Shown: piece after piece, positions 28,470 through 39,152 of the stretch
Layout of the letters: each line of letters opens with the position of its first letter
How positions within the stretch are numbered: position 1 is the first letter of the stretch
Assembly (NCBI GenBank): GCA_045589195.1
Contig: JAZNFY010000003.1
Location: 13,254 to 77,253 of the forward strand
DNA from: Faecousia sp.
GTDB taxonomy: Bacteria > Bacillota > Clostridia > Oscillospirales > Oscillospiraceae
Length of the DNA: 64,000 nt
Direction: 5' to 3'
The notes under the pieces: model-generated
Told to the model about the DNA's origin: nothing
Databases searched by the model: none
Seen by the model: the letters and a program-made list of their open reading frames with translations, nothing else
Position numbers and translations under genes: made by a program

Positions 28470-29786
28470 ATGGCAATTCCCTTTTTTGGCGGTATTCATC
28501 CCCCGGAAAATAAACACTATACCTCGGAAATGAAAGTGCTGGATTTTCCGGAGCCGGATATTCTGGTGATCCCCATGAGTCAGCATATTGGCGCGCCCTG
28601 TTTGCCTTTGGTGAAAAAAGGTGATTTGGTAAAGGTGGGTCAAAAGCTGGGTGACAACGAGGGCCTTTGCGTGCCGGTGCACGCGCCGGTGTCCGGCGTG
28701 GTCAAGGCAGTGGAGATGCGCGCTCATCCCAGTGGCGTTACCATGCTCAGCGTGGTCATCGAAAACGATCATAAAAAGGAGCTGTGCCCGGAGATTCAGA
28801 GTCGCAGCCGTATGGCGGTGGCGCAGATGTCGCCCCAGGAGCTGATGGAAATTATTCGGGAAGCGGGCATTGTGGGTATGGGCGGCGCTACGTTCCCCAC
28901 CCATGTAAAGCTCAGTTCCGGTATCGGCAAAGTGGACACGGTGATCGTCAACGCATCCGAGTGCGAGCCGTACATAACAGCGGACGAGCGGGTTTGTCGG
29001 GAGTATCCCGGAGAATTGATCTCCGGTTTGCAGATCATTATGAAGATCCTGGGTCTGGACACGGCCCACATTGCCATTGAGAACAATAAGCCTCAGGCGG
29101 TGAAGACCCTTCGGGGCGCGCTGGATCCCAAGGGCGGTATCGTGGTGCATGCGCTGCCTACCAAGTACCCTCAGGGCGCGGAAAAACAGCTGATCTACGC
29201 CATTACCGGCAGGGAAGTACCCTCCGGTGGGCTGCCGGCTGCGGTGGGCTGTGCCGTATTTAACGCTGCTACCTGCAAGGCCATTCACGATGCGGTGTTT
29301 TTGGGCATGCCGCTGATCCGGAGAATTATCACGGTTTCCGGCGATATCGTCATGGAGCCAAAAAACCTGATGGTACCCATCGGCACAAGCTTTAACGATC
29401 TTCTGGAAGCGGTGGGGCATAAGGAAAATCCCTATAAAGTCCTTTCCGGCGGCCCGATGATGGGACAGTCCCAGTATGATCTGAATGCGCCGGTGACCAA
29501 GGGTACTAATGCGGTGACCATTTTGGGCAGAAATAACCGTTATTCCGTGGCTCATGCCAGCTGCATTCGCTGCGGAAAATGTGTGGATGCCTGTCCCATG
29601 CACCTGATGCCGGTGCTGATGTTTAAGTCTCTTTATTCCGGCTCGCTGGAAGAAATGAAGAAGACCAATATGATGGATTGTGTTGAGTGCGGCTGCTGCG
29701 CTTATGCCTGTCCGGCCTGTGTGCCGCTGGTGCTGGCGTTCCGCAGCGGCAAGCATAAGCTGCGCGCTGCCGCAGCCAAGAAATAA
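28470..29786 (+). CDS. rnfC: Rnf complex subunit C
   Basis: GGIHP, QHIGAP, GMGGATFPT, ECEPY, two CxxCxxC ferredoxin motifs. Confidence 0.96.
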   Translation: MAIPFFGGIHPPENKHYTSEMKVLDFPEPDILVIPMSQHIGAPCLPLVKKGDLVKVGQKLGDNEGLCVPVHAPVSGVVKAVEMRAHPSGVTMLSVVIENDHKKELCPEIQSRSRMAVAQMSPQELMEIIREAGIVGMGGATFPTHVKLSSGIGKVDTVIVNASECEPYITADERVCREYPGELISGLQIIMKILGLDTAHIAIENNKPQAVKTLRGALDPKGGIVVHALPTKYPQGAEKQLIYAITGREVPSGGLPAAVGCAVFNAATCKAIHDAVFLGMPLIRRIITVSGDIVMEPKNLMVPIGTSFNDLLEAVGHKENPYKVLSGGPMMGQSQYDLNAPVTKGTNAVTILGRNNRYSVAHASCIRCGKCVDACPMHLMPVLMFKSLYSGSLEEMKKTNMMDCVECGCCAYACPACVPLVLAFRSGKHKLRAAAAKK

Positions 29787-29800
29787 GGAGGTGGAAACAG

Positions 29801-30805
29801 TTGGCGCAACAGATGAAATATTATTATGAGCTGACGATTTCCTGCTCTCCTCACGTGCACTGCCCTGTAACCACCAAGACTATTATGCGCGATGTGATCA
29901 TCGCGCTGCTGCCTGCGCTGGCGGGAAGCGTGTACTTTTTTGGCCTCCGGGCGCTGATGGTGGTGCTGGTGAGCGTGGCGGCCTGTGTGTTCTTTGAGTG
30001 GGGCTACTGCCGCATTACAAAGCTCGACTGTAAGGTTTACGATTATTCTGCGGTGGTAACGGGTATTTTGCTGGCATTTGTGTGTCCGGTAACCATACCG
30101 TACTGGTGTTTGATTATCGGTGATTTCTTTGCCATTATCGTGGCGAAGATGATCTTTGGCGGTGTGGGAAAAAACATTGTGAATCCTGCGCTGGCCGGAC
30201 GGGCATTTTTGTTCAGCTGGCCCACCATTATGACCACTTGGGTAAAGGTGGGATTTGAAAATTCTGCCGGCGTTTTCTCTGCGGTGGACGCGGTAACCGG
30301 AGCGACGCCCATGGCATCGCTGAATCAGGGTCAGCTGCCAGCGGAGAGCCTGCGGGATATGTTCCTGGGTAATGTGGGCGGCAGTCTGGGTGAAACCTCT
30401 GCGTTGCTGCTGCTCATCGGTTTTGCCTATTTGCTGATTCGCAGAGTGGTTACGCTCCGGATTCCTGTGGCCTATATCGCTACGGTGGCGGTGCTGGCAC
30501 TGCTGTTTCCCCAGGGGGGCAATGACCGGATGCTCTGGATGGGCTACCAGGTACTGGGCGGCGGTCTTATGCTGGGCGCGCTGTTTATGGCCACCGATTA
30601 TGTGACCAGCCCCATTACCAAGCTGGGCCAGGTGATCTATGGCATCGGCTGCGGCGTAATCACCATTTTGATTCGTTATTTCGGCAGCTATCCCGAGGGT
30701 GTGTCCTATGCGATTTTGGTGATGAACTGCTGTGTCGTTTTGCTTGACCGGATCGGCCGGCCCAGAAGGTTTGGCGCTCCCCGGAAGGAGGCGGCAAAGA
30801 AATGA
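29801..30805 (+). CDS. rnfD: Rnf complex subunit D
   Basis: SPHVH, GGVGKNIVNPA, FMN site TGATP, GSLGETS, FMATD. Confidence 0.96.
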   Translation: MAQQMKYYYELTISCSPHVHCPVTTKTIMRDVIIALLPALAGSVYFFGLRALMVVLVSVAACVFFEWGYCRITKLDCKVYDYSAVVTGILLAFVCPVTIPYWCLIIGDFFAIIVAKMIFGGVGKNIVNPALAGRAFLFSWPTIMTTWVKVGFENSAGVFSAVDAVTGATPMASLNQGQLPAESLRDMFLGNVGGSLGETSALLLLIGFAYLLIRRVVTLRIPVAYIATVAVLALLFPQGGNDRMLWMGYQVLGGGLMLGALFMATDYVTSPITKLGQVIYGIGCGVITILIRYFGSYPEGVSYAILVMNCCVVLLDRIGRPRRFGAPRKEAAKK

Positions 30806-31347
30806 AAAATCTTTCTTTTGTACTTCGGCTGTCCTTGACGCTGCTTGCCATTACTTCCGTTGTGGCGCTGGTGCTCGCCGGTGTCAACAGCATTACCGCG
30901 CCACTGATTCAGGCGCATCAGCAGCAGAAGATACAGCAGGCTATGGAGCAGGTACTTCCGGGCGCAGAAAATTTGCAGGAGCTTTCTTTTGAAGATGCCA
31001 CCAATACCGTAGAAAAGCTTTGGAAAGGCGACATTGGCTACGTTGTGCAGGTCGCGCCCAACGGTTTTGGCGGTGCGTTCGTAATGATGGTAGGTGTCAA
31101 CAATGACGGCACTGTGGCTGGCATTTCCGTGGTTTCTCATTCGGAAACCAAGGGTCTGGGTTCGGTGATGGCAGAAAATACTGCCGTGGGTCAGGCGTTC
31201 CGGGATCAGTTCGTGGGTCTGGGCGGTGAGCTGGCGGCGGACAAAGACGGTGGCCAGATCGACGCCATTACCGGCGCTACCATTTCCACCCGGGCGGTGG
31301 TAAGCGGCGTGAATGCGGCGCTGCAATGCATTAAAAATTTGGGTTAA
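30802..31347 (+). CDS. rnfG: Rnf complex subunit G
   Basis: N-terminal TM helix, ETKGLG, DAITGATIS. Confidence 0.95.
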   Translation: MKNLSFVLRLSLTLLAITSVVALVLAGVNSITAPLIQAHQQQKIQQAMEQVLPGAENLQELSFEDATNTVEKLWKGDIGYVVQVAPNGFGGAFVMMVGVNNDGTVAGISVVSHSETKGLGSVMAENTAVGQAFRDQFVGLGGELAADKDGGQIDAITGATISTRAVVSGVNAALQCIKNLG

Positions 31348-31359
31348 GGAGGTTCGTCT

Positions 31360-32007
31360 ATGGAAATCGGAAAAATGTTCAAAGAGGGACTTCTGACAAA
31401 AAACCCTGTGTTTGTGCAGCTTTTGGGCATGTGCTCTGCTCTGGCCATCAGCACCAGCTTGTTTAACGGAATCGGCATGGGCATCAGCGTGACTATCATT
31501 CTGATCTGCTCCAATGTGCTGATTTCTGCGCTGCGCAAGGTGATCCCGTCTCAGATTCGGATCGCGGCGTATATTGTGATCATTGCCGGCTTTGTGACGG
31601 TGGTGGATCTGCTGCTGCAAGCGTATTTGCCCGCTCTTTCGGAAAGCTTGGGTGTGTTTATCCCCCTGATCGTGGTTAACTGCATTATTTTGGGCCGGGC
31701 GGAGGCCTTTGCGTCCAAAAATAAGGTGCTGGCCTCGGCACTGGATGGACTGTTTCAGGGTATCGGCTATACGGTGGCGCTGGTGATCGTGTGCGTAATT
31801 CGCGAATTTTTGGGTTCTGGCACCTTTGGCGGCGGTATCTTAAATGGCGGTGAAGGCATCCGTATCATTCCTGAGGGCTATCCCGCGATGCTGATGGCGA
31901 TGCCCGTAGGCGGATTTCTGACTTTGGGCTTTGTGATCGCCGGCTTCCAGTGGTTTATGCGCTGGCGCAGACATGTAAATGCAAAGAAGGAGGCGGATGA
32001 AGAATGA
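31360..32007 (+). CDS. rnfE: Rnf complex subunit E
   Basis: NPVFVQLLGMC, IPLIVVNCIILGRAE. Confidence 0.96.
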   Translation: MEIGKMFKEGLLTKNPVFVQLLGMCSALAISTSLFNGIGMGISVTIILICSNVLISALRKVIPSQIRIAAYIVIIAGFVTVVDLLLQAYLPALSESLGVFIPLIVVNCIILGRAEAFASKNKVLASALDGLFQGIGYTVALVIVCVIREFLGSGTFGGGILNGGEGIRIIPEGYPAMLMAMPVGGFLTLGFVIAGFQWFMRWRRHVNAKKEADEE

Positions 32008-32594
32008 ACGGTCAGATGCAGGCTCTGTTCGGCATATTGCTTAGTGCGATTCTGACAGAGAATTTTATTCTCGTAAAGTTCTATGGCATTTGTCCCTTTA
32101 TGGGTGTTTCCAAGAAGATCGATACGGCTTTGGGCATGGGAATGGCTGTTACCTTTGTAATGGCTTTGGCCTCTGCCGCTTGTTATTTGGTAAATTTGGC
32201 GCTGATTGCCTTAAAGCTGCAATATATGCAGACGGTAGTGTTTATTCTGGTCATCGCATCTATCGTGCAGGTGGTGGAGATGTTCCTGAAAAAGTCCGTG
32301 CCGGCACTTTATAAGGCATTGGGCGTGTTTTTGCCGTTGATCACCACCAACTGCGCCGTATTGGGCGTGGCGCTGGTGAATGTGCAGAATGGCTTTAATT
32401 TCCTGTTCAGCGTGGTCAACGGCGCGGCAGGCGGCATTGGTTTTACCATTGCCATTGTGTTGTTTGCTTCCGTGCGGGAGCGTGTGGACAAAGCGGAGTG
32501 CCCCGTAGTATTTAAGGGGTATCCCATTGCGTTGATTTCTGCCGGTTTGCTGGCATTGGCGTTTATGGGCTTCTCCGGTATGAAGATTTTTTAA
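32004..32594 (+). CDS. rnfA: Rnf complex subunit A
   Basis: GICPFMGVS, FLPLITTNCAVLG. Confidence 0.96.
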   Translation: MNGQMQALFGILLSAILTENFILVKFYGICPFMGVSKKIDTALGMGMAVTFVMALASAACYLVNLALIALKLQYMQTVVFILVIASIVQVVEMFLKKSVPALYKALGVFLPLITTNCAVLGVALVNVQNGFNFLFSVVNGAAGGIGFTIAIVLFASVRERVDKAECPVVFKGYPIALISAGLLALAFMGFSGMKIF

Positions 32595-32606
32595 GGAGGG
32601 AATACC

Positions 32607-33458
32607 ATGGATATTTTAATAGCGGTTGGTATTCTCGGCGGTTTGGGCTTGGTGTTTGGGCTTGTGCTGGCGGCAGCATCCAAGGTGTTCCATGTGGAAG
32701 TTGATCCCCGGCTGGAAAAGCTTTCCGAGTGCCTGCCCGGCGCCAATTGCGGCGGCTGCGGCTATGCCGGCTGCGGCGCATATGCAGAAGCGGTGCTTTC
32801 CGGCGAAGCGGAGATCGGCAAGTGCAATGCCGGCGGCAATGAATGCGCCCAGGCAATGGCTCAGATCATGGGTGTTCAGGCGGTGGAGGTTGCACGGCGG
32901 GTGGCGCTGGTGCGTTGCTCCGGTGCGAAAACCTATGACAAGGACGGCAATCTGGTGTTTGGCGCCCGGACAAAGGCGGAATATGAGGGCATGAATGACT
33001 GTCTTGCGGCCAGTAAGGTAGGCGGCAATGGACCGCTCTCCTGCAAATTCGGCTGCCTGGGCTTTGGCTCTTGCGTGAAGGCTTGTCAGTACGATGCCAT
33101 TCAGGTTGTAAACGGTGTGGCGGTGGTAGATGAGGACAAATGCGTTGGCTGCATGAGCTGCGCGGCAGTTTGCCCCCGGCAACTGATCGTACCCATTGAG
33201 CCGGACCGGAATGTGGTGATCGCCTGCGCGTCCCTGGCCAAGGGCGCGGTGACCACCCGCAATTGTACCACCGGTTGTATTGGATGCGCGTTGTGCAAAA
33301 AGATTTGTCCCAATGATGCCATTACGGTTAATCAGAATTTGGCGGTGATTGATTACAGCAAGTGCGACAATTGTGGCTTGTGCGCTACGGTGTGTCCCAA
33401 GAAACTGATTAAAGATTCCAATGTGGAAAAATCGCCGTTACCTAAGGTTAATGTATAA
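32607..33458 (+). CDS. rnfB: Rnf complex subunit B (polyferredoxin)
   Basis: LPGANCGGCGYAGC plus several CxxCxxCxxxCP motifs. Confidence 0.96.
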   Translation: MDILIAVGILGGLGLVFGLVLAAASKVFHVEVDPRLEKLSECLPGANCGGCGYAGCGAYAEAVLSGEAEIGKCNAGGNECAQAMAQIMGVQAVEVARRVALVRCSGAKTYDKDGNLVFGARTKAEYEGMNDCLAASKVGGNGPLSCKFGCLGFGSCVKACQYDAIQVVNGVAVVDEDKCVGCMSCAAVCPRQLIVPIEPDRNVVIACASLAKGAVTTRNCTTGCIGCALCKKICPNDAITVNQNLAVIDYSKCDNCGLCATVCPKKLIKDSNVEKSPLPKVNV

Positions 33459-33459
33459 A

Positions 33460-33495
33460 GAAACAAGCGGTCAGCTCAGCTGACCGCTTGTTTTT
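33460..33495. terminator. Bidirectional terminator rnfB / MATE
   Basis: AAACAAGCGGTCAGCT-C-AGCTGACCGCTTGTTT. Confidence 0.85.
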
Positions 33496-34879
33496 ATATG
33501 TGCGTAAGATTTCGGATCCAGGATTTACTGCGAATGATAAAGTATCCAATAACGCATTTGAGCAGGTCCGTACCCAGGCAAAGAGCGTACAGGGGAACGA
33601 TGGGCAGGTCTGTAAACCGGCTCAGGCAGAAGGCCAGAGGTACTACGCAGACCCACATAAAGCAGGTGTCGAACAGGAAGGTGATAATCGCCCGACCGCC
33701 GGAGCGCAGGGCAAAATAAACGGTATGGACAAAGGCGGTAAAGGGCATGAACAGCGCCGAGAAGCAAATAAGTGCTGTGGCAATGTTTCGTACGTTGTCT
33801 GTGGTGTTGTACAGCCGTGGAAACAGACCGGAGATACCTGCCATGATCAATGCGATTACGATACAGGAGCACACAGACAGGAAGGTATTTTTCCGATAGG
33901 AATCCCGGACGGTTTCTTCTGACTCTCCTGCGCCCAGAAGCTGGCCGGTGGAGATACCCACCACTACGCCCATGGAGAGCATGACCACGCTTCCTAAGTT
34001 AAACAGGGTGCTGGTGATATTGGTTGCTGCCACCACTTCAAGACCCCGCAGGGAGAAGCATTGATTTAATGTGGCGTTACCGGTGGACCAGAAGAATTCG
34101 TTGAGCATTAAGGGCATGCCCCGAAGAATAATGGGTTTTAACAGCTTGCCGGGAATGCGCATGGATCGGTAAGCGCCGGCAATAAAGGGATTTTTCTGGG
34201 GATTCAGGTGGGTCCATGTGGCTACGATGATCAGTTCCACATACCGGGAAATCACCGTGGCAAAGGCAGCGCCCCGGACACCCATGGCCGGCGCGCCAAA
34301 GTGGCCAAAGATGAGCACATAATTCAGTCCCAGGTTTACTGCCACCGCTGCGATACCCGCAATCATGGGAACAGTGGCCTGTCCGGTTTCCCGGAGTGTG
34401 CCGGAGTAGGCGTTGGAAAGTGCAAAGGGGAGAAGTCCCCAGAGCATCACTTCCAGATAGGAAAGGCCGTATTCCAAAGTAAGGGCAGCATTTGTCGGAT
34501 TTTCTTCGTCGTTGAGGTAAAGCTGAATCAGCGGTGAGCCAAAGAAGTAAAACAGGGCAATACCCACGGCGGTCAGAACAAGACCCACGAGGATCTTAAA
34601 GCGGAAGGTATGGCGAATGTTTTCGTGATCTTGACAGCCGTAAAACTGGGCGGTGAAAATGCCCGCGCCTGCGCCTGCGCCGAAAATGCACAGGTTGAAC
34701 ACAAACAGCAGCAGGTTGACAGTGGCGACACCGCTCATTTGCAGCGTGCCCACCTGACCGACCATGATGTTATCCAGCAATGAGACGAAGTTGGTTATGG
34801 TGTTTTGAATGATAATGGGAACGGCGATGGTCATGATCCGTCGGTAAAATGTCCGATCGCCTATAAATTGTTGCAGCAT
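33494..34879 (-). CDS. MATE-family efflux transporter
   Basis: LDNIMVG, LNYVLIFG.FGAPAMGVRGAAFAT, about 12 TM helices. Confidence 0.95.
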   Translation of the reverse strand: MLQQFIGDRTFYRRIMTIAVPIIIQNTITNFVSLLDNIMVGQVGTLQMSGVATVNLLLFVFNLCIFGAGAGAGIFTAQFYGCQDHENIRHTFRFKILVGLVLTAVGIALFYFFGSPLIQLYLNDEENPTNAALTLEYGLSYLEVMLWGLLPFALSNAYSGTLRETGQATVPMIAGIAAVAVNLGLNYVLIFGHFGAPAMGVRGAAFATVISRYVELIIVATWTHLNPQKNPFIAGAYRSMRIPGKLLKPIILRGMPLMLNEFFWSTGNATLNQCFSLRGLEVVAATNITSTLFNLGSVVMLSMGVVVGISTGQLLGAGESEETVRDSYRKNTFLSVCSCIVIALIMAGISGLFPRLYNTTDNVRNIATALICFSALFMPFTAFVHTVYFALRSGGRAIITFLFDTCFMWVCVVPLAFCLSRFTDLPIVPLYALCLGTDLLKCVIGYFIIRSKSWIRNLTHI

Positions 34880-34897
34880 ATGATCCTCTGGTTTGTA

Positions 34898-36028
34898 TCA
34901 GTTTATTTCTTCGCCGCCGATGAACACCCGTTTTCCGGTGTAGTCGCTGCGGCAGATGATGAAGTCGGCATATTTGCCCGGGGCAATAGAGCCCACTTTG
35001 TCTTGTACGCCCAAGGCACAGGCGGGGTTGATGGCCGAGGCGCGAATGGCCGCGGTTTCTTCGATGCCAAACAAAATGGCGTTGCGCATGCAGTCAAACA
35101 GGTTGGTGGCAGAGCCGGCCAGAGTGCCGTCTGCCAACTTGGCAACGCCGCCGGACAGGAACACCGGCTGACCGCCCAACTCATATTCTCCGTCGGGCAT
35201 GCCGCAACAGCGCAACGCGTCGCTGACCAGGATCATGCGTTCACTGCCGAAAATAGAGAAGGCGAGGCGAATGGAGGCAGGGTGAATGTGCATACCGTCA
35301 CAGATCAGCTCTGCCCGCACATGGGGGTCTTCCGCCGCCGCGGGAATCACGCCGGGATTGCGGTGATGGATGCCGGGCATGGCGTTATACAGGTGGGTCA
35401 GGTGGGTAGCACCTTTCTGAAAGGCTGTTTTCGCATGCTCATAATCCGAGTCCGTATGGGCTACGGAAACGGTGCAAAGACGGCTGGCTTTTTCCACAAA
35501 TTCAGCTGCGCCGGGAAGCTCCGGGGCAACGTCTACGATTTTGATCAGGCCGCCGCAGCTTTCGTACAGCTTTTGAAAACCTTCAAAATCGGGGTTTTTC
35601 AGATATTCACCGTTTTGTGCGCCTTTTTTCTTTTCGGAAAAGTAAGGGCCTTCCATTTGAATGCCCATCAAACGGCTGTGGTTTGCCGGTGCTTCATCAA
35701 CCAATCGGCGGGCGGCGGCAAAGGCTTTTTCCAGCACATCATAGGGCAGCGTCATGGAGGCGGGGGCGAAAGAGGTAATACCGTTTTTTGCCAGATAGGC
35801 GGCTATTTTTTTTAGACCCTCGTAATCTCCGTCGGAAAAATCGCAGCCGGAATTACCGTGGTTATGCACGTCGATCAGACCGGGGATCACCGTGGCGCCT
35901 TGCAGGTCGATGGCGTCCTCGGGGGTCTCGCCGGGCAGAATTTGGCCGAACAGACCGTCTTTTACTTCGAATGCGCCGAAGTGAAATTGATTGTCACTGC
36001 AAAAAATGCGGGCGTTTTTATAGAACAT
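34898..36028 (-). CDS. nagA: N-acetylglucosamine-6-phosphate deacetylase
   Basis: PGLIDVHNHG, MEGPY, APE, THLYNAM, DGMH, LAGS. Confidence 0.95.
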   Translation of the reverse strand: MFYKNARIFCSDNQFHFGAFEVKDGLFGQILPGETPEDAIDLQGATVIPGLIDVHNHGNSGCDFSDGDYEGLKKIAAYLAKNGITSFAPASMTLPYDVLEKAFAAARRLVDEAPANHSRLMGIQMEGPYFSEKKKGAQNGEYLKNPDFEGFQKLYESCGGLIKIVDVAPELPGAAEFVEKASRLCTVSVAHTDSDYEHAKTAFQKGATHLTHLYNAMPGIHHRNPGVIPAAAEDPHVRAELICDGMHIHPASIRLAFSIFGSERMILVSDALRCCGMPDGEYELGGQPVFLSGGVAKLADGTLAGSATNLFDCMRNAILFGIEETAAIRASAINPACALGVQDKVGSIAPGKYADFIICRSDYTGKRVFIGGEEIN

Positions 36029-36048
36029 AAAAAACTCCTCCCTGGGGT

Positions 36049-36078
36049 AAAAGGCAGCCGATATTCAGGCTGCCTTTT
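36049..36078 (-). terminator. Hairpin/terminator between ROK and nagA
   Basis: AAAAGGCAGCC-gatattca-GGCTGCCTTTT. Confidence 0.7.
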
Positions 36079-36084
36079 GGGTGA

Positions 36085-37464
36085 TTATTTTATGGCGGGC
36101 AGGCTGGCGGCAGCTACACTCTGTCCCACCCGGCGGGTCTTTTCGTCGGGAAGCAGCACTTCCACCTGCTGGGAAAGCGCGGGGAATTCTGCCTTCAAAA
36201 CGTCTTGACAGGTGCTCAGGATCAGATCGCCGCCCTTGCCGGACATGACCCGGCCCAAGAGCATCAAATGTTTCAAATCGTAAAACTGGGAATAAAGAAC
36301 GATGGTATAAGCCAAATATTTGCCGATATCAGAGAAAATCGCGGCGGCCCGGGGATCGTCCTCGGCCATGAGTGCTTGCACTACTTTCAGCTTTTCTGCC
36401 GGGCTGAGGGTTTCATCCAGCTCAATGCCTGCCCGGGGCGCCAGCTTAATTACCGCGTCCTGGGAGAAATATTTGCAGCCCACACCAAAGTCTGTGGACC
36501 ATTCGTCTTGCAGGGCGTCGGTGTTTAAGTCCACAGGGGCGAAAGCCAGCTCATTGATCCAGCCCAGAACCTGCTGCGCCTGATCAACATAGCCTACTGC
36601 CTCGCTGGTACCCATGGCAAGACCCATGAGATTGCCGCAGTTAAGACCCATAGCGCCGGCCAGGGCAGAAACGTCGCCGTCGTTGGCCACTACGATGGGC
36701 ACGTTGCCGATTTCGGCAGCTGCCCGGTCAAATACGGTTTTTACCTCGCCCCAACGGTCTCTGGGGACGCAGTAGAAAATACTGGAAATCATAGGAGCGT
36801 TGCCGATGAACACGCCGGCGGAGGATACGCCGATGCCGTCCACCCGGGGCATTTTGGAAGCGGCAGTGCGGAAGGATTCCAGGATACCCTGGTATTGATA
36901 GTTGGGATCCGGATTTTTCTTGGGATGCCAAACCACTTCTTCGGAATAGATCACCTCACCGTCTACAACGGCGGAGACTTTCCGGTCGGAGCCACCGGCA
37001 TCAAAGCCGATCCGGCAGCCTTCCAAATGGCCACCAATGGGCTTGGGGGACTCGTTGGCAGTGGGGCAGGCGGAAAGGGGCAGGTCAATGATTTCTAAGG
37101 GGCGCTCATAAAGCTTCTGGAAGAAATCATAGTCAAAGGCCCGTTCGCCATTTAACGAGTAGGCCTGCTGCAATTTTTTGGTCAGATCACTGCAACCGCA
37201 AATGCTGATTCGGAAGCCGCCGATGGACCACAGAAGGAATTTGACATAGCGCTCTACATAGCGGTAGTCTGCCTCTGCCATTTGGGCGCTGCCGTAAATT
37301 TTGGTGTGGCGTACGGAAATTTGACCCTGCTCCCGCTCAATGGCGATGGCAATGGGTTGGGTTGCGCCTTTTTGATACTGCGCCGCCCAGATGCCGAAAG
37401 GAATAAATTCGGGATCCAACTGGGGCGCATGGTCAATGGAAAAAGAAATGCCCAAATATTGCAT
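36085..37464 (-). CDS. ROK-family sugar kinase-like protein with N-terminal extension
   Basis: IGFDAGGS, GIGVSSAG, ANDGDVSA, MGTS, NEL; upstream of nagA. Confidence 0.82.
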   Translation of the reverse strand: MQYLGISFSIDHAPQLDPEFIPFGIWAAQYQKGATQPIAIAIEREQGQISVRHTKIYGSAQMAEADYRYVERYVKFLLWSIGGFRISICGCSDLTKKLQQAYSLNGERAFDYDFFQKLYERPLEIIDLPLSACPTANESPKPIGGHLEGCRIGFDAGGSDRKVSAVVDGEVIYSEEVVWHPKKNPDPNYQYQGILESFRTAASKMPRVDGIGVSSAGVFIGNAPMISSIFYCVPRDRWGEVKTVFDRAAAEIGNVPIVVANDGDVSALAGAMGLNCGNLMGLAMGTSEAVGYVDQAQQVLGWINELAFAPVDLNTDALQDEWSTDFGVGCKYFSQDAVIKLAPRAGIELDETLSPAEKLKVVQALMAEDDPRAAAIFSDIGKYLAYTIVLYSQFYDLKHLMLLGRVMSGKGGDLILSTCQDVLKAEFPALSQQVEVLLPDEKTRRVGQSVAAASLPAIK

Positions 37465-37644
37465 AAAAAAACCTCCAGGAGCAAAACAATTGGCTCATAA
37501 GCGAGGTTATCATACCATAGCATGCCCCAAAAAGCAATGTGTATTTCGACGCCCTTTTTAACAAAATAAACTTTCAGAAACGGCTTGCTATTTTTTGTTG
37601 AATTTAGTACAATAATTTGGTAGGTTGTAAAAAGAGGTGAGACC

Positions 37645-39114
37645 ATGGGCAACATCGCATTTGATAATGACAAATACCTGCAAACTCAATCTGAGCATAT
37701 CCGGCAGCGGATTGGTCAGTTTGGCGGGAAGCTGTATCTGGAATTTGGCGGCAAGCTGTACGACGATAACCACGCAGCCCGGGTACTGCCGGGATTCTTG
37801 CCGGACAGCAAGCTGAAAATGCTGATCCAGCTGAAAGACCAGGTGGAAATGGTGATCGCCATTAACGCCGGAGATATTGAGAAGAATAAGGTTCGGGGCG
37901 ATCTGGGCATTACTTATGACCGGGAAGTGATCCGGCTGATCAAGGTGTTCCGGGATTTCGGCCTGTATGTTTCCAGTGTGGTGCTGACCCGGTTTAACGA
38001 TCAGGCCGGCGTCAAGGCCTTCCGTTCCCGTTTGGAGGGCATGGGCGTTAAGGTTTATTACCATTATGCCATTGAGGGATATCCTTCCAATACTTCCCAT
38101 ATTGTCAGTGATGAAGGCTTTGGCCGGAATGAATATATTGAAACCACCAGAGAGCTGGTGGTCGTCACCGCACCCGGTCCCGGCAGCGGCAAGCTTGCCA
38201 CTTGTTTGAGCCAGCTTTATCATGAACATAAGCGGGGCGTGCAGGCGGGCTATGCGAAGTTTGAAACCTTCCCGGTGTGGAATCTGCCGCTGAATCATCC
38301 GGTGAATCTGGCTTATGAGGCAGCTACTGCGGATTTGAGCGATGTGAACATGATTGATCCGTTCCATCTGGAAGCCTACGGCACTACCACGGTCAACTAT
38401 AACCGGGATGTGGAAGCGTTCCCTGTGCTGGTGGCTATGTTTGAAAAGATTTTGGGCAAGTGTCCTTACCAGTCTCCCACAGATATGGGCGTGAATATGG
38501 TGGGCAATTGCATTGTGGATGATCGTGCGGCGAAGGAAGCTTCCCGGCAGGAGATTGTTCGCCGGTATTATGCGGCGCTGTGTGAGCAGAAGCAGGGCAA
38601 GGCTTCGGATGCTGTTGTGCCGAAGCTGGAGCTTTTGATGAAAAAGGCCCATGTGGATGTTTCCGGTCGCCGTGTGGTGGCTGCCGCTTTGGAAAGAGAG
38701 GAAAAGACCGGTTTGCCCGCTGCGGCGATGGAGTTGCCCGACGGAAGAATCGTCACCGGCAAAACCTCCAATCTTCTGGGCGCATGCGCCGCGGTGCTTT
38801 TGAATGCGTTGAAGACCTTGGGTGGCATGCCCGATGAGCTGCATCTGATTTCTCCGGTGGCCATTGATCCCATTCAGCATTTAAAAGTGGCGCATTTAGG
38901 CAACCGAAATCCCCGGCTGCACACGGATGAGACGCTGATTGCCCTGTCCATCAGCGCCGCCACCAATCCCACAGCGGAGCTGGCCATGGAGCAGCTGAGC
39001 AAGCTGCGGGGCTGCGAGGTGCACTCTACGGTGATCTTGTCCGCGGTGGACGAAAAGGTATTCAAGCGGTTGGGCGTAAATCTGACCTGTGAGCCCAAGT
39101 ATAAAGAGGGATAA
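37645..39114 (+). CDS. DUF1846 (UPF0371) P-loop protein
   Basis: [38 protein letters not shown]. Confidence 0.9.
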   Translation: MGNIAFDNDKYLQTQSEHIRQRIGQFGGKLYLEFGGKLYDDNHAARVLPGFLPDSKLKMLIQLKDQVEMVIAINAGDIEKNKVRGDLGITYDREVIRLIKVFRDFGLYVSSVVLTRFNDQAGVKAFRSRLEGMGVKVYYHYAIEGYPSNTSHIVSDEGFGRNEYIETTRELVVVTAPGPGSGKLATCLSQLYHEHKRGVQAGYAKFETFPVWNLPLNHPVNLAYEAATADLSDVNMIDPFHLEAYGTTTVNYNRDVEAFPVLVAMFEKILGKCPYQSPTDMGVNMVGNCIVDDRAAKEASRQEIVRRYYAALCEQKQGKASDAVVPKLELLMKKAHVDVSGRRVVAAALEREEKTGLPAAAMELPDGRIVTGKTSNLLGACAAVLLNALKTLGGMPDELHLISPVAIDPIQHLKVAHLGNRNPRLHTDETLIALSISAATNPTAELAMEQLSKLRGCEVHSTVILSAVDEKVFKRLGVNLTCEPKYKEG

Positions 39115-39115
39115 T

Positions 39116-39150
39116 AAAATACCCACGGAAATGTTTCCGTGGGTATTTTT
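39116..39150. terminator. Bidirectional terminator DUF1846 / trkH
   Basis: AAAATACCCACGGAAA-TG-TTTCCGTGGGTATTTT. Confidence 0.85.
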
Positions 39151-39152
39151 CG

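Noticed and set aside
28470-33458. Rnf operon as a novelty
   Set aside because: Standard clostridial rnfCDGEAB order and motifs
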